Assembly (NCBI GenBank): GCA_951406725.2
Contig: OX597814.1
Location: forward strand, 3,968,001-4,032,000
From: Octopus vulgaris
Lineage: Eukaryota
DNA length: 64,000 nt
Direction of reading: 5' to 3'
In this document: one piece after another, positions 60,210-64,000 of the stretch
Layout: the number at the start of each line of letters is the position of its first letter
Position numbering within the stretch: position 1 is the stretch's first letter
Position numbers and translations under genes: made by a program
The notes under the pieces: generated by a model
Told to the model about the DNA's origin: nothing
The model's database searches: none
Seen by the model: the letters and a program-made list of their open reading frames with translations, nothing else

Positions 60210-60886
60210 ATATTTATATGAATAAATGGAGTTTAACGCAGGTGTATTTGATTTACACCTGCGTTAAACTCCATTTATTTATTCATATATTATTCAAAAT
60301 ATTCCACGTAAACACGAAGTTTCTACCTTTACAAACAAGGAGTTACAACATCTTTACTTGTGAGATTTTTGCTACCCTGGTAACTATTTATTTATTTTTT
60401 CCGTGTTAATTGTTAACAAGGTAAAAATACACTCATCTATATATATATATATATATACTGTTGTGTCTGGGGAGAGTCATTCTCTTTTAGTCTCTCATAA
60501 TTTGACACACTCACCGGTAAGATTTCCACTCATTTCCTTCTTTATCTTTGAAAAATTTTCGTTGCGTCTTGCAACCTTTTCAATAGTTTTGAAAAGGTTG
60601 CAAGACGCATCCCTCTTTATCCCTCAATAGCCACGTCTGCTATCATTCTCTTATGAACCATCGATATGGTCGCGTTTCTCTCTGAATATTTACACTATGA
60701 ACGCTCTAATCCTACCTGGATTTACATAAGATTCTACCTGAAGACTTATGAATTAACATCTACACTATCGGAAAGTTGAACTGGGAACTTTTATGCTTCT
60801 TTTTTCTTCATTTATTTATATCTTTATTTCTCCATTCCTTCATTTCATCGTTCCCTTAATCGCTACTCCTCACAATTTACCCATTT

Positions 60887-60930
60887 GTCTCCGATGAAGG
60901 GATATCCCATATTTTGAGATATCCCAAACT
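60887..60930 (+). ncRNA. Degenerate hammerhead motif
   Basis: GTCT-CCGATGA-A-GGGATATC..GATATCCC-AAAC; G12 and stem III lost; same 5' half as 56213-56260. Confidence 0.4.
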
Positions 60931-60951
60931 TTAAATTTTTCAATAATTATA

Positions 60952-61018
<67 letters not shown>

Positions 61019-61322
61019 TTAGAGAAAAACCACTATTATGCAATTCAAACAATGATAGACATAAACCAAATCATAAAGAAAAAATAAAATATATTTTAAA
61101 ACATATAACTAGATTACAAAAAGTACAAAAATGAATAAACAATATATAATAAGTTACTTATTAAAATAAGTAACTTATTACATATTGTTTATATATTGTT
61201 TGAATTGCATAATAGTGTTTGTTTGTCTAATTTATATTTTATATATTTATATTGTGAAATTTGATTTAATACTAAATTGAATTTTTCCCGTATGTTTGGA
61301 GTTATACTCCCTAATTATATTA

Positions 61323-61394
<72 letters not shown>

Positions 61395-61490
61395 GTATAT
61401 AGTTGAAATTTACAGAAAAACAAAAGACGAAGTCAGGTGTGTAAGCAACAAACAGGTATATTAGTTTGACGCCCGGGAAGGTGAGAAAGT

Positions 61491-61526
61491 CTTTTACGTT
61501 TCGAGCCTACGCTCTTCAGCAGAAAG
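61491..61526 (-). ncRNA. Minimal hammerhead motif (A6C variant)
   Basis: rc: CTTT-CTGCTGA-A-GAGC gtag GCTC-GAAA-CGT-A-AAAG. Confidence 0.7.
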
Positions 61527-61591
61527 GAATATGAGGACATGTGTGTCTTTATATGTATATGTGTGTGAGTGTGAGTGTGTGTGTGTTTATA

Positions 61592-61708
61592 CGATGTGCT
61601 TCTTTCAGTTTCCGGCTACCAGTTCCTCTCACAAGACTTTGGTTGGCCCAGGGCTATAGTAGAAGGCACCTGCCCCAGGTGCCGCGAAGTGGAACTGGAT
61701 CTGGAACT
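61592..61708 (-). mobile_element. SINE family A head fragment
   Basis: Homology to family A. Confidence 0.75.
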
Positions 61709-61767
61709 ACGTATGTATGTATGCATGTATTTATCAGATATATATGTGTGCGTGTGTGTGTGTGCAC

Positions 61768-61881
<114 letters not shown>

Positions 61882-62623
61882 GTAGGTAGATAGATAGATA
61901 GATAGATAGATATGAAGCTAACAACTTATGAAGACTAGATGGAGAAGCAAGATGGCCACAATGTCATCTCCGGCAATTATTATTCTCAGTCGTGTATCAT
62001 AAATATATGTGACGGTGTGTATGAATGTATGTGAGTGTATAGATATATGGCTGTGTGTGTGTATGTCTGTGCATGCATGTTCATACGTGTGTATATATGT
62101 GTTTGTGAATATGCGTTAGTGTGCACGTATGTGTGTGTGCGTGGCGGAGGGAGGGGTATATCTAAGTGCAGCCAATCATAATGGTTAATCTCAGTGGAAG
62201 ATGTGAGGAGATTTGACCACAGCGGAGACGCTGTGTACGACAGAGAGAGAGAGAGGGAAAGATAGACGGGTGGAGAGAGTAGGAGGAGGAGGGAGTGATA
62301 GTGATGGGTTGTGTGGTAGTGGTGGTGGGGAGGTTGTGGGGAGAGGGGTGGCGAAGCCGTGGCGTCAATGAAGTCATGGATATTTATCTGTTGTGGCCCG
62401 GCAATCTGGATTGGCAAGTTAAGATAGAGAAGGAAGATAACGTCTCTTTAGTGATGGTCAGTTGGTTGGACATGATGCGTAAATTGGCCAAATGACAGCG
62501 GTGGGGTGGGTGAGGAAGCGATGGGGGGGGTGACGGTGTAAAGAATTTGGAAAGAGGAGAAAGATTAAGAGATGAGAGAAAGATTAAGAGGATGAGTGGT
62601 GATTGTGAAAGAGGGGAATGTAG

Positions 62624-62658
<35 letters not shown>

Positions 62659-62678
62659 TAGATAGACAGATAGATATT

Positions 62679-62738
<60 letters not shown>

Positions 62739-62739
62739 C

Positions 62740-62803
<64 letters not shown>

Positions 62804-62808
62804 GGATG

Positions 62809-62880
<72 letters not shown>

Positions 62881-63139
62881 CGAACAGATAGATAGATAGA
62901 CAGACAGATATAGCTATTTAGATAAATAGATAAGTTTCTTTATTAACCACACAGGGCCGAACACAGAGGGGACAAAATACAAGGTAGAGCTTTCTTTTTC
63001 GAAAAAAAAAAACAAGTGATAAATAGATAGATAGTGACAGACAGGCAGGCTGACAGACGGGCAGATAGATATATACGTACATTCACACATAAGCAGATGG
63101 GTGAATAGATTGACAGACAGGCGGTGTTATTGGTGGTGT

Positions 63140-63571
63140 TATGATGATGATCATGATGATCATGATGATGGTGGTGGTGGTGGTGGTGGTGGTGGTGGTG
63201 GTGGTGGTGATGGTGGTGGTGGTGGTGGTGGTGGTGGTGGTGGTGGTGGTGATGATGGTGGTGGTGGTGGTGCTGGTGGTGGTGGGGGCGTGGTGGTGGT
63301 GGGGGTGATGGAGGTGGTGGTGGTGATGGTAGTGGTGATGGTGGTGATGATGGTGGTGGTGGTGGTGGTGGTGGTGGTGGTGGTGGTGGTGGTGGTGGTG
63401 GTGGTGGTGGTGGTGGTGGTGGTGGTGGTGATGCTGGTGGTGGTGGTGGTGGTGATGGTGGTGGTGGTGGTGGTGGTGGTGGTGGTGGTGGTGGTGGTGG
63501 TGGTGGTGGTGGTGGTGGTGGTGGTGGTGGTGGTGGTGGTGGTGGTGGTGGTGGTGGTGGTGGTGGTGGTG
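63140..63571. repeat. (GAT)/(GGT)n microsatellite
   Basis: Direct reading. Confidence 0.98.
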
Positions 63572-63834
63572 TAGGGTAGGTGTGTTAAAGGGGCGGTGTC
63601 GGTCAGTGCATCAAGTTAAATAATTGAATGGCTTGGGAAGGAGGAGAAGGAGGAGGAGGGAAATTAAAGTTTTACAGCGATTAGAGAAATGGGGGGAGGT
63701 TTTGTGTAAACAAACATGTAAGTGCCGTTGTGTGTGTTTATATGTGTGTGTGTGTGTGTGTGGTAGGTGTGTGTGTGGTGGTAGGTGTGTGTGTGTGTGT
63801 GCTTGTATTTGAAAAATGAATGAATGACCTTTGT

Positions 63835-63990
63835 TATAATTGGTAAGAAATTTGTTTCCTAACTACATGGTTCCGAGTTCAGTCCCACTCTGTGGCACCT
63901 TAGGCAAGTGTCATCAACCTTAGCCTCAGACTGCTCAAAGCCGTGTAAGTTTAATTTCGTCATCGGAAAATGAACGAAGCCTGCCGTGTA
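63835..63990 (+). mobile_element. SINE family A head, degenerate
   Basis: tggtaagaaa..ttccgagttcagtcccactctgtggcaccttaggcaagtgtc. Confidence 0.75.
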
Positions 63991-64000
63991 TGTATATCCA

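Overview
Eukaryotic, AT-rich, extremely microsatellite-rich non-coding DNA (intronic or intergenic). The repeat landscape looks like a coleoid cephalopod, probably Octopus; this is inferred from the SINE families and repeat density, not proven. I find no credible host protein-coding exon, and nearly all ORFs in the track are translations of (TA)n, (CA)n or trinucleotide repeats. Between the microsatellites lie three tRNA-derived SINE families and decayed transposon coding remnants (mariner, hAT, possible piggyBac, CR1/L2-type and R4/Dong-type LINEs, and a Penelope-like RT-thumb/GIY-YIG fragment), plus several foldback elements. The main hidden signal is about 14 minimal type-I hammerhead-ribozyme (HHR) motifs on both strands: stem I, CUGANGA-type box, stem II, GAAA, palindromic stem III, UH, stem I'. 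They sit in short non-coding Penelope-like elements that are mostly inserted in (TA)n tracts and often carry inverted arms. The motifs include family-specific core variants and one compensatory base-pair change. All structures and coordinates were read by eye; none was computed or tested.
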